DNA of 64,000 nucleotides, taken from the NCBI GenBank assembly GCA_000993595.1, contig LBWJ01000007.1:32172-96171 (forward strand), in the 5' to 3' direction. This DNA comes from Candidatus Peregrinibacteria bacterium GW2011_GWC2_39_14 (GTDB lineage: Bacteria; Patescibacteriota; Gracilibacteria; UBA1369; UBA12463). The position numbers and the translations under genes were made by a program. Shown piece after piece: positions 36,080 to 44,290 of this stretch; position 1 is the stretch's first letter; each line of letters begins with the position of its first letter. Below the pieces are notes generated by a model. The model did no database searches, had not been told where the DNA came from, and worked only from the letters and a program-made list of their open reading frames with translations.

Positions 36080-38062
36080 CTATTTCACCACTTCCCCTTC
36101 GACCACATCATCCCCACCTTTCTTGTTTTTGTCCGTGACTTTTACGCCGTCGTCGGCGCTGCTTGTGCCGTCCGCGCTTGCAGAAGCGTTATTTGCGCTC
36201 GCTGATTCGCTCGCGCTGTCCCCTCCACCCATGCTCGCACCTTCCGCTTTTGAATTTTCCGCAGCAGCTTTATATAACTCCGTTCCAACTTTTTGAATTT
36301 CCGTGGAAAGTTCGTCGTAGGCTTTTTCGAGGTCTTCTTTTTTGATTTCTTTTTCGGCCATAACCTTTTTGAGAGCTTCGATTTTTTCTTGAACAGGTTT
36401 TTTCAACGAATCGGCAACCTTTTCGCCCGCATCTTTCAAGGTTTTTTCAGATTGCATCATAAGGGATTCGGCTTTGTTTTTGAGGTCAATAAGTTCGCGC
36501 TTTTTCTTGTCTTCTTCGGCGTATTGTTCGGCTTCTTTTTTCATTCGTTCAATATCCGCGTCTTTCATGTGGCCACTGCCTGTGATTGTGATGTGCTGTG
36601 TGCGATTTGTGGCTTTATCAACCGCTTTTACGTTCAAAATGCCGTTTGAATCTATGTCTAAGGAAACTTCAATTTGCGGAATTCCGCGAGGTGCCGGAGG
36701 GATGTTATCCAGAATAAATCTTCCGAGAGATTTGTTGTCCGCCGCCATTGGCCTTTCACCTTGCAAAATGTGAATTTCAACGGAAGTTTGATTGTCTGCC
36801 GCAGTTGAGAAAACTTGAGTTTTTGAAGTTGGAATTGTTGTGTTTCTTTCAATCATCGGAGTTGCAACACTTCCTAGAGTTTCGATCGATAGGGTTAGGG
36901 GAGTGACATCCAAAAGCTGAATATCTTTTATGTCGCCCATCAAAACTCCGCCTTGAATTGCCGCACCAATCGCGACAACTTCATCAGGATTTACACCTTT
37001 GTGTGGTTCTTTTGCAAAGAAATCTTTAACTTTTGCTTGAACGGCAGGCATTCTTGTCATACCTCCAACCAAAATAACTTCATCAATGTTTTCCGCTGTT
37101 AATTTGGCGTCTTTAAGCGCTTTTTTGCATGGCTCAACTGTGCGATCAATCAATTCTTGAACAAGTGATTCGAGTTTTGATCTGCTTAATTTTATTAATA
37201 AATGTTTTGGTCCGTTTGAATCCGAAGAAATATATGGAAGATTGATTTCCGTTTCCGCCATTGTGGAAAGTTCGCACTTTGCTTTTTCCGCTGCATCACG
37301 AACGCGCTGAATTGCGACTTTGTCTTGATACAAATCAATTCCTGTTTCTTTTTTGAATTCGTTAATTAAATGATCTGTGATTTTTGCGTCAAAATCGTCA
37401 CCACCAAGTTGCGTATCGCCGTTTGTGGAAAGTACTTCCAAAACACCTTCTCCAATATCAAGAATCGAGATATCAAAAGTTCCACCACCAAGATCATAAA
37501 TCGCAACTTTTTGCTCGCTTTTTTTATCAAGATGATATGCGAGAGCTGCGGCAGTTGGTTCATTTATAATTCTTTTTACTTCAAGTCCTGCGATTGCGCC
37601 AGCGTCTTTTGTAGCTTGTCTCTGCGAATCATTGAAGTATGCGGGAACTGTGATGACAGCTTCCGTTACTTTTTCTCCAAGAAACGCTTCTGCATCAGCC
37701 TTTAGTTTTTGAAGAACCATTGCCGAGATTTCTGCAGGTTTCTTTTTTTCGCCGTTCAAAATAATCATTGCGTCGCCTTCAGGTCCACGTTCAACTTTAT
37801 ATCCAAGGCGTTTGACGTCTGCGGTTGATTCGTCATATTTGCGACCAATCAAACGTTTTGCGGAATAAATCGTGTTTTCCGAGTTCATAACCGCTTGGCG
37901 TTTTGCTGTGATTCCGACCGTTCGATTTCCGTCTTTTATCGCGACAACCGATGGAGTTGTGCGCATTCCTTCGGAGTTTTCGATGACTGTTGGTTCTCCA
38001 CCTTGCATAACTGCAACGCAAGAGTTTGTTGTACCAAGATCAATTCCTATAATTCTTCCCAT
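36080..38062 (-). CDS. dnaK: Chaperone DnaK (Hsp70)
   Basis: 660 aa. [21 protein letters not shown], and an EEVD-less acidic or Gly/Ser-rich tail. Confidence 0.98.
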   Translation of the reverse strand: MGRIIGIDLGTTNSCVAVMQGGEPTVIENSEGMRTTPSVVAIKDGNRTVGITAKRQAVMNSENTIYSAKRLIGRKYDESTADVKRLGYKVERGPEGDAMIILNGEKKKPAEISAMVLQKLKADAEAFLGEKVTEAVITVPAYFNDSQRQATKDAGAIAGLEVKRIINEPTAAALAYHLDKKSEQKVAIYDLGGGTFDISILDIGEGVLEVLSTNGDTQLGGDDFDAKITDHLINEFKKETGIDLYQDKVAIQRVRDAAEKAKCELSTMAETEINLPYISSDSNGPKHLLIKLSRSKLESLVQELIDRTVEPCKKALKDAKLTAENIDEVILVGGMTRMPAVQAKVKDFFAKEPHKGVNPDEVVAIGAAIQGGVLMGDIKDIQLLDVTPLTLSIETLGSVATPMIERNTTIPTSKTQVFSTAADNQTSVEIHILQGERPMAADNKSLGRFILDNIPPAPRGIPQIEVSLDIDSNGILNVKAVDKATNRTQHITITGSGHMKDADIERMKKEAEQYAEEDKKKRELIDLKNKAESLMMQSEKTLKDAGEKVADSLKKPVQEKIEALKKVMAEKEIKKEDLEKAYDELSTEIQKVGTELYKAAAENSKAEGASMGGGDSASESASANNASASADGTSSADDGVKVTDKNKKGGDDVVEGEVVK

Positions 38063-38073
38063 AGTTTATTTTG

Positions 38074-38114
38074 TTTAATTTATATATAGACCTGTGCTGC
38101 TTCGCAGCGGTCTG
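38074..38114 (-). repeat. Module A hairpin plus AUAUAAAU linker in the dnaK 5' UTR
   Basis: AGACC-TGT-GCTGC-TTC-GCAGC-GGTCT (38088-38113) directly abuts CIRCE. The linker TTTAATTTATATAT lies on the dnaK side. Confidence 0.7.
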
Positions 38115-38141
38115 TTAGCACTCAGAATTATAGAGTGCTAA
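38115..38141 (-). promoter_or_regulatory. CIRCE operator (HrcA binding site) upstream of dnaK
   Basis: TTAGCACTC-N9-GAGTGCTAA, a perfect match to the CIRCE consensus inverted repeat. Confidence 0.9.
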
Positions 38142-38155
38142 ATTTAAGTCGTCAA
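38127..38155 (-). promoter_or_regulatory. dnaK promoter with its -10 box inside the CIRCE loop
   Basis: Minus strand TTGACG (38155-38150), 17-nt spacer, TATAAT (38132-38127). The TATAAT falls within the 9-nt CIRCE spacer. Confidence 0.65.
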
Positions 38156-38258
38156 GAGGAAATGCGGGGACGGAGGTGGTTTTACGCAAAGCTTGATTTT
38201 AAGTTGATTCGTGTGTTAATTTAATCCTCCTGTGTATAGTGATTTTGATTGAATTTAT

Positions 38259-38879
38259 ATGGAGATCAAAGCCTTTAGACATTTTGTTCAGCAAGTTACG
38301 CCTCCAATTATTTTGCGTAAATTTGCCGATGTTTTTGCGGGACTAGAGAAATTTTGTAGGCCAACTTCGGATGCTGTAAGAAATGCTTTGGCCGATGGAG
38401 GAGTTTTTGTTGATGAAGTTGCTCTAAGCGATATTGCTCCTGTAGCTTTTGATGCTTCTGATGTCGTTATTGAAAAAGATCCTGCAGGTCTTGATGAAGA
38501 TGCGGATGATTGTTCTTTGGATGGAGGGCTGACTATTGCTGAGATTACTGCGTTTGAGTTAAGCGGGTTATCCGTTGTGCATGAAGAGGTTGATTCTGCT
38601 CTTGCGTGGGCTTCTAAGTTTGGATGGAAAGGCGAAAAGAATCGTGTTCTTGTATTTCTTGCGCAGAATATTGGAAAGTTTTTTCAAGACAGGGAAGTTA
38701 ATGAGCTTGTTGGCGGAGTTAGTGATTTAGACGATGTTGTTTCTGAGATTTTAAGAGATTATAGATATAAAAATTCTCCTTATGCTATTCAAAAAAGAAT
38801 TGTTAAGGGTAGGCCTGATGCAACCGGTGACGTTGATGTTCGTTACGTTTATCGTTTGACGCTTAGGCATTTGGGCTAG
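38259..38879 (+). CDS. Hypothetical protein: acidic N-terminal region plus a winged-helix-like module
   Basis: 206 aa. The C-terminal ~110 aa (HEEVDSALAWA ... FLAQNIGKFF ... VVSEILRDYRYKNSPYAIQKRIV ... RYVYRLTL) align by eye with modules in 40006, 40659 and 41362. Confidence 0.6.
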   Translation: MEIKAFRHFVQQVTPPIILRKFADVFAGLEKFCRPTSDAVRNALADGGVFVDEVALSDIAPVAFDASDVVIEKDPAGLDEDADDCSLDGGLTIAEITAFELSGLSVVHEEVDSALAWASKFGWKGEKNRVLVFLAQNIGKFFQDREVNELVGGVSDLDDVVSEILRDYRYKNSPYAIQKRIVKGRPDATGDVDVRYVYRLTLRHLG

Positions 38880-38896
38880 GTTTAGGGAACTAGGTT

Positions 38897-39931
38897 CAAT
38901 AAGTAAGTGCAACACTCTGATAAAATCAGAGATATGCAATATACACACATTTCGATAGAAGAAAGAGAGAAGATACAGGAGATGCTTTGGCAGAAAAAAT
39001 CTGTCAGACAAATAGCTAAAGCCTTAAATCGTAGTCCATCTTCGATATCCAGGGAGATTTTTCGTAATCAAAGTCGATTAAAGCAACTATATAGGCCACG
39101 AATAGCCCAAGATAGAGCCGATATGCATAAGAAGTACCGTGGTCGAGAAAAACGTTTAAAAAACGAAATCATTCGTTCATACGTGATAAGCAAGCTAAGA
39201 GAAAGATGGTCTCCGGAACAGATATCCGGAAGACTCAGAATTGATCATCCGGAACAAGCAATCTCACATGAAGCCATATATCAATATGTATATGCTCAAA
39301 TACATCGCGACGGATATGGATATCTGAGGCCTGAATGTGAAGATTTGCGCATCTATTTGCGCCGAAGGAGGAAGCGCCGCGTTCATAAAGGGTATAGAAA
39401 ATGCTCAAGAACTTCGTTGATACGGGGTCGTTCAATTAATGTAAGGCCTGCTGTTGTGAACGAAAGAATAAGAGTTGGTGATTGGGAAGGTGATTCGGTT
39501 GCTTCAGTCAGCAACAAAACGGGAATAAACACTTTAGTGGAGAGAAAAATAGGGTATTTGATGATGACCAAGCTAAAAAACAAAACCGGCAAAGCAACCA
39601 CAAACGTTGTTTCAAAGAGACTGTCAATTTTGCCTGAAAAACTAAGACTCACTTTAACTCTTGATAACGGACCTGAGAATCAAGATTGGCAGACAATAGA
39701 GGAAAGGATAAGGATAACGTGCTATCACGCTAATCCATATCATTCTTGGGAAAGAGGAACCAATGAAAATACCAACAGCTTGATACGCCAATATTTCCCT
39801 AAAAAAACAGACTTTGGTATGATTAGCGATGAACAGATTAAACGAGTAGAAACATTTTTAAACAATCGTCCCAGAAAAAGACTTAACTATAAAACGCCTT
39901 TAGAGGCTATGAGTGTTGCGCTTGAAAGTTG
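38897..39931 (+). mobile_element. IS30-family insertion sequence (~1.0 kb)
   Basis: A single transposase ORF is flanked by imperfect terminal inverted repeats. The left core AAGTGCAACACTC (38905-38917) matches the right core GAGTGTTGCGCTT (39911-39923), 12 of 13 as reverse complement. The outer boundaries are approximate and I could not identify target duplications. Confidence 0.7.
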
Positions 39932-39932
39932 A
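38934..39932 (+). CDS. IS30 family transposase
   Basis: N-terminal HTH (ISIEEREKIQEMLWQKKSVRQIAKALNRSPSSISREI). DDE triad context GDWEGDSV ... TLDNGPEN ... HSWERGTNENTNSLIRQYFPKKTDF. The ORF-track GTG at 38907 lies inside the left inverted repeat, so I prefer the ATG at 38934. Confidence 0.9.
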   Translation: MQYTHISIEEREKIQEMLWQKKSVRQIAKALNRSPSSISREIFRNQSRLKQLYRPRIAQDRADMHKKYRGREKRLKNEIIRSYVISKLRERWSPEQISGRLRIDHPEQAISHEAIYQYVYAQIHRDGYGYLRPECEDLRIYLRRRRKRRVHKGYRKCSRTSLIRGRSINVRPAVVNERIRVGDWEGDSVASVSNKTGINTLVERKIGYLMMTKLKNKTGKATTNVVSKRLSILPEKLRLTLTLDNGPENQDWQTIEERIRITCYHANPYHSWERGTNENTNSLIRQYFPKKTDFGMISDEQIKRVETFLNNRPRKRLNYKTPLEAMSVALES

Positions 39933-39949
39933 ATGTACCGGACTTGCCA

Positions 39950-39977
39950 TTGACAAACGTAAATTATTAGGTACAAT
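39950..39977 (+). promoter_or_regulatory. Promoter of ORF 40006, just outside the IS30 right end
   Basis: TTGACA (39950-39955), 16-nt spacer, TACAAT (39972-39977). Confidence 0.55.
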
Positions 39978-40005
39978 AGTTTGGCGTATTAATTAATAAT
40001 AATTT

Positions 40006-40650
40006 ATGAGCGATAGATTGCCTGTGCTTGTAACGGTTGAGCAGCTTCAAGCCGGTTTAGAGAAGATTGAAGCTATGCGTCGTGAGCTTGCGGAATTATC
40101 GGATTTAGTTAGACGATCATTGGCTGATGTTCAGCAAAGAGAGTCAGATTCGCGGTCACCTGCTTTGGACGCTGCGTTATATAAAAAGAAGTTGCGCAAA
40201 GTGCATCCACAGGGGACGAAAAACATAGACACCACAATTGGATTTGATCCTGCGAGTAGAGCCGTGACCGTTTATCCAAAGCAAGCAATGCAAGTGTTCC
40301 CTTTGCTTGGTGCTGAGATTGAAAATGCTGTGAGATGGATGGCCTCTAATATGATTAAAGGAACGCATAGCCCTATGATTTCTAGGTTTTTTGCAGAAAA
40401 TACAGGCAGAATTATGGATATGAGAGAAGTTGATGCTCATATGAGGACTAGATTTCCAAATTTTTGGGGTTCTCAACTTATTAATCAATTAAGGAATAAG
40501 TTAGCGTCTAAAAAGGCTCCTTATAGAATTTTTGTTATGTACGTTGAAAGTGATTGTGAAAAAAATACTATGCATAATGCTGTTTTTGGTTTATTTCCTG
40601 CGGAAACAAAGGCAGGGGATTTGGAAGAGCGTCTTGCGGATTTTAAATAA
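40006..40650 (+). CDS. Hypothetical protein: coiled-coil N terminus plus a winged-helix-like module
   Basis: 214 aa. VFPLLGAEIENAVRWM ... FFAENTGRIM ... LINQLRNKLASKKAPYRIFVMYV ... AVFGLFP. A TTGACA-N16-TACAAT promoter lies upstream. Confidence 0.6.
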   Translation: MSDRLPVLVTVEQLQAGLEKIEAMRRELAELSDLVRRSLADVQQRESDSRSPALDAALYKKKLRKVHPQGTKNIDTTIGFDPASRAVTVYPKQAMQVFPLLGAEIENAVRWMASNMIKGTHSPMISRFFAENTGRIMDMREVDAHMRTRFPNFWGSQLINQLRNKLASKKAPYRIFVMYVESDCEKNTMHNAVFGLFPAETKAGDLEERLADFK

Positions 40651-40658
40651 AATATATT

Positions 40659-41309
40659 ATGACTAATTTTGTATCACCATCGTTATTGCAAGCCGTAGGG
40701 GAGTTAGACGAATTGTTTGCGGCTAAAGTTCTCGGCGCATTTGATGATATTGATGCCGGAATTGGTAAAATGATGGACGAATTTCGAGCCGGGATTGAGA
40801 GCCTTACTGTTGATGTTGAAGTGCTTGAGGCGGAAGTCAAAAGATTGTGCGCAGATCGCGGTGAAGGTCCTGAGATTGAATTGCCGCCGCATTTTCCACA
40901 AGAAGGGCCGGGTGGAGTTGTGGGAATTGTCAATTTGCTTGATGAGGATGTTTTGCTTGTTGATTCAGATTTTTTAAAAAGATTTGAGATTTTTCCCGGC
41001 GCTGAAGCGGCCGCTTTAGAGATTGAAAAGTTGTTTTGCGGGAATGGTCTTTTGATGACTTCTAAGCGTATTTTTTTAACGACTTTAGCTAAAAAACTTG
41101 GTTGTTTTGTTTTTAGAAAGGACATTGATTCTGGATTAGCAAATGCTGGTATTGACGTGGTAAACAGCCCTTATCCTACTCCACATATATTTAGCAATTT
41201 ATATCTTTTTGGCAGGATAAATGATTTACCTTATGACCTGGAAAGAATTTACGTTTTGGTTGGTTCGAAAAAGAAAGTAGCCTATCGATTGGTGCCAAAG
41301 AGCCTTTGA
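40659..41309 (+). CDS. Hypothetical protein: acidic N terminus plus a winged-helix-like module
   Basis: 216 aa. IFPGAEAAALEIEKLF ... FLTTLAKKLGCFVF ... VVNSPYPTP ... KVAYRLVPK. Starts 8 nt after the previous ORF. Confidence 0.55.
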   Translation: MTNFVSPSLLQAVGELDELFAAKVLGAFDDIDAGIGKMMDEFRAGIESLTVDVEVLEAEVKRLCADRGEGPEIELPPHFPQEGPGGVVGIVNLLDEDVLLVDSDFLKRFEIFPGAEAAALEIEKLFCGNGLLMTSKRIFLTTLAKKLGCFVFRKDIDSGLANAGIDVVNSPYPTPHIFSNLYLFGRINDLPYDLERIYVLVGSKKKVAYRLVPKSL

Positions 41310-41361
41310 TTTGACTTCTTGCAATGTTGTATGCTAGTTTAAATCCCTGTTTTAAAAAATT

Positions 41362-42894
41362 ATGGAAACACGAGATCAACATTTAGAAGGATTACAAGGC
41401 AATGCATTAACGGTTGTCAATCAAGCTTTTGAAGCACTTGCCGCCGTTCTTGAGAAGCTTGGCGCTGATAGAGAAGGTATAAAAATTAGAGTTGAATTGG
41501 TTTATTCCAGCCCTGAATCAGATAAGCCGGCTACTTTGCATGCTCATATGGATGTTGACGTGAATCTTGATTTGTCGCATGTTGATGCAGTTGAGCCTGC
41601 GAATGTTGCTGATGTTATCCCTCCAGTAGACGATGAGCAGATTTTACGACGCACCGGACTTGGACAGTTGGTTGTTTATCCTCCTTCTTATTTGGATCAG
41701 TTCCCCGTTCTTCAAGAAGAGGTCCAGCCTGCTTTGGAGTTTTTTAAAGGTCATCAAAGAAAAAAACATAGTCAAAGTAAAGGTGTTGAGGATATTTTAG
41801 CTACAAATTTTGGCTCATATGTTCCATCAAGCGTTTTAATGAATAGTGTAGAGGACGAGCGTGTAGCTGCGGGTTTGAGTCAAAAGCCTAAGCACACCAT
41901 TGCTCGAATTATTAATACTCTTGTAAATGGTAAATTAAAAAAATCTCCTTATGCAATTGAATCAATTCCAGTGAGTCGTGAGCAACCGGATCTAAAAACC
42001 GGCAGAAGTTTTTATACTGCATATAGAATTATTAGAAAGCCTGGCGTTGACGTTAAGGTTTCTGACCTTGATGGGAAAAAGCCTTCTAAAGGTCGCGAAA
42101 AACCTTCTGAAATTTATGAGCTTGCGCATTTGGATCAATTTCCGCTTATTGAAGACGAAGTTCAACCTGCGCTTGATTGGTTTGATGCTCATCGAAGAGG
42201 GGGGCATTCTGATTCTAAAGTTTTTGAATATTTGTTTAGTGCTAATTTTGGTAAATATATCTTGAGATCTTCTATTGAAAAAGGCGTTCTTCAGCAAAGG
42301 GAAAAATCAAGTCATCCCGCTGATAAGAAATTGGCTACTGTTCAAAGATTATTGGGGACTTTTAAAAATATGAAAATGAAAGATTCGCCTTATATGCTTG
42401 AGAGAATTCCTGTTTATTGTGAGGATGGTCGATTTAACGATGGTGCGCGTAAATATGATTATGCTTATAGAATGGTAAAAAAAGACGTTAAGTCGAAAAA
42501 AGATGAATTACCTGATAGGGAGGAGCTTGCGAATTTGCCTATTCTTGAAGATCATGTTCAGCCTGCGACTAAAGTAGTTGAGGATAATTTCTTGCTAGAC
42601 GGTAAGGGTTCGAAAGGCGTTTCACGAGCCATATTTTTTTTCTTGGCTAAAAATGTAGGGCGTTATTTTGCTCCTAGTAATTCTGATTGGCTTTCATTTG
42701 TAAGTGATCAGGTAAAGGGAGGGAGCGGTAGCGTTAATTCCGGATCTTTTCATGCTACGTTAGTTAGTAGCTCGGGCGTTAGATTAACAGACCTTTTGTC
42801 CAAAATTGAATTAAAGCTTGATAAGCGCACGTGTAAGGGATTGGGGACTCAAAAGTCCTGTATTGCTTTTGGGATTGTGCCGATTGAAAAATAA
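41362..42894 (+). CDS. Hypothetical protein with three tandem winged-helix-like modules
   Basis: 510 aa. Internal repeats lie at about aa 105-226, 250-375 and 385-510 (DQFPVLQEEVQPALEFF / DQFPLIEDEVQPALDWF / NLPILEDHVQPATKVV; KKSPYAIESIPV / KDSPYMLERIPV; YTAYRIIRK / YAYRMVKK). Confidence 0.65.
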   Translation: METRDQHLEGLQGNALTVVNQAFEALAAVLEKLGADREGIKIRVELVYSSPESDKPATLHAHMDVDVNLDLSHVDAVEPANVADVIPPVDDEQILRRTGLGQLVVYPPSYLDQFPVLQEEVQPALEFFKGHQRKKHSQSKGVEDILATNFGSYVPSSVLMNSVEDERVAAGLSQKPKHTIARIINTLVNGKLKKSPYAIESIPVSREQPDLKTGRSFYTAYRIIRKPGVDVKVSDLDGKKPSKGREKPSEIYELAHLDQFPLIEDEVQPALDWFDAHRRGGHSDSKVFEYLFSANFGKYILRSSIEKGVLQQREKSSHPADKKLATVQRLLGTFKNMKMKDSPYMLERIPVYCEDGRFNDGARKYDYAYRMVKKDVKSKKDELPDREELANLPILEDHVQPATKVVEDNFLLDGKGSKGVSRAIFFFLAKNVGRYFAPSNSDWLSFVSDQVKGGSGSVNSGSFHATLVSSSGVRLTDLLSKIELKLDKRTCKGLGTQKSCIAFGIVPIEK

Positions 42895-42899
42895 GAATC

Positions 42900-43403
42900 T
42901 TAAGCTCCGTTTCCAACCTTAACTTTTGCTGGTCTCAAAACTTTATCGCCGATCATATAGCCTTTTTCGATTTCTTCGATGATTGTGCCTTTTTCGCCCG
43001 TGGTTTCTGCAATTGCTTCGTGAAAGTTTGGATCAAATGGATTTCCAAGTGATTCGAAAGATTTTACGTCATATTTTTCAAGAAGGGCTTTGAGCTGGGA
43101 TTGAATTCCGATAATTCCTTTTTTGTGATCTTCGGGGATGTTGTCTGTTTCCATGGCTTTCAATGCACGCTCAAAATTGTCCAAGACCGATAAAAGTTCG
43201 ATTAAAATTTTTGCGCTTCCAAAGCTTGCGAGAGCGAGTTTTTCTTCTTCTGCGCGTTTGCGATAATTTGCAAGATCAGCCATCGTGCGTTTGCATGCTT
43301 CTGTCATGAGTTCGAGTTTTTGTTGAAGCTCTGCGACGGATTCGGCGGATGGGTCTTGAGGTTGTGTGCCATCTTGTTGAGGATTTGTGTTTTCGTCTGC
43401 CAT
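42900..43403 (-). CDS. grpE: Nucleotide exchange factor GrpE
   Basis: 167 aa. RTMADLANYRKRAEEE ... LSVLDNFERAL ... FDPNFHEAI ... GYMIGDKVLRPAKVKV. Confidence 0.93.
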   Translation of the reverse strand: MADENTNPQQDGTQPQDPSAESVAELQQKLELMTEACKRTMADLANYRKRAEEEKLALASFGSAKILIELLSVLDNFERALKAMETDNIPEDHKKGIIGIQSQLKALLEKYDVKSFESLGNPFDPNFHEAIAETTGEKGTIIEEIEKGYMIGDKVLRPAKVKVGNGA

Positions 43404-43405
43404 AT

Positions 43406-44128
43406 TTATTTGTTTCTTAATAATTTTTTTATTTCTTCAACGAGCACCATGTTATACGGATAATCCATTCGCATCGGACCGAGTATGCCAAGAAATCCTT
43501 CAAAACCGTCCAATTCATATTTTGTGACGATTATGCTGCAGCTGTGAATTTGCGGGATTATATTTTCTTGTCCGATAAAAACGTCGGCTTTTTCGCCTAT
43601 TTCAAGCGATTTTAAGATTTTTATAAAATTGTCGTTTTCTTCAAGAACTTCCATAACTTGGCTTGCACTGACAGGATCGTTTATGAATTCCGGTTGTCTT
43701 AAAGCGTTTGAAACTCCCAGATAAAAAGTTCTTTGATTATCCGGCAAAGTTGCAAAACTTACGTTATGCGTTGCGCGTGAAAGAAGGTGAACGGCTTCGT
43801 GAAGTTTTTCTTTTGTTTTTTGTATTTTATATTCTTCACGCATTGGAATTAAGGCTTTCTCAACACGTTTTCTGGCAGAATCATAATCCGCGATTTCTTC
43901 AACATATTTGCGATAACCTTGTTGTGTTGGAACGCGTCCTGCGGAAGTGTGTGGTTGAAAAATAAAACCTTCTTCTTCAAGTTCTGCCATGTCATTTCGA
44001 ACAGTCGCCGGGCTTACGTTCAAGTGATATTGAACGATAATAATGTTTGACCCAACCGGTTCGGCGGTTTCAATGAATCGCTGAACGATTGCTTTTAATA
44101 TGCTGATTTTTCGATTTCCGAAATCCAA
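43406..44128 (-). CDS. hrcA: Heat-inducible transcription repressor HrcA (compact, 240 aa)
   Basis: TTG start. ILKAIVQRFIETAEPVGSNIII...VSPATVRNDMAELEEEGFIFQPHTSAGRVPT is the HrcA wHTH. A CIRCE operator lies directly upstream. Shorter than the usual ~340 aa. Confidence 0.88.
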   Translation of the reverse strand: MDFGNRKISILKAIVQRFIETAEPVGSNIIIVQYHLNVSPATVRNDMAELEEEGFIFQPHTSAGRVPTQQGYRKYVEEIADYDSARKRVEKALIPMREEYKIQKTKEKLHEAVHLLSRATHNVSFATLPDNQRTFYLGVSNALRQPEFINDPVSASQVMEVLEENDNFIKILKSLEIGEKADVFIGQENIIPQIHSCSIIVTKYELDGFEGFLGILGPMRMDYPYNMVLVEEIKKLLRNK

Positions 44129-44152
44129 AGTAGGTGTTTTTAAATGTGCCGG

Positions 44153-44179
44153 TTAGCACTGTAAAGTATATAGTGCTAA
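44153..44179 (-). promoter_or_regulatory. CIRCE operator upstream of hrcA-grpE
   Basis: On the plus strand TTAGCACTG-N9-TAGTGCTAA, with one compensated change from the consensus in each arm. It lies 25 nt upstream of the hrcA start. Confidence 0.85.
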
Positions 44180-44193
44180 TTTGAATATGGCAA
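44165..44193 (-). promoter_or_regulatory. hrcA promoter with its -10 box inside the CIRCE loop
   Basis: Minus strand TTGCCA (44193-44188), 17-nt spacer, TATACT (44170-44165). Confidence 0.55.
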
Positions 44194-44214
44194 GGGAATG
44201 CCAGGTTTTTATTC

Positions 44215-44290
44215 TAGAAAATAAATCTTGATTTTTGTAATAATTTTTTGAGTTGGCGCAAGGGGATCTCCGCTCAGATTTTAATATTCT
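44215..44290 (-). pseudogene. Relic fragment (~75 nt) of an HNH-endonuclease gene paralog
   Basis: Matches an internal part of gene 34131-35078 (see the paired repeat). It lies between the hrcA promoter and the 3' end of ORF 44281-44895 and overlaps that ORF's stop codon. Confidence 0.6.

Noticed and set aside
40643-41125. 160-aa minus-strand Ser-rich ORF overlapping ORF 40659-41309, and the similar 157-aa ORF 48339-48812 antisense to ORF 48352
   Set aside because: Their Ser/Ala/Leu-rich low-complexity translations are typical of antisense frames of Asp/Glu/Ala-rich genes. The plus-strand ORFs have promoters and, for 40659, family similarity. The strand choice for these hypothetical genes is still not proven.
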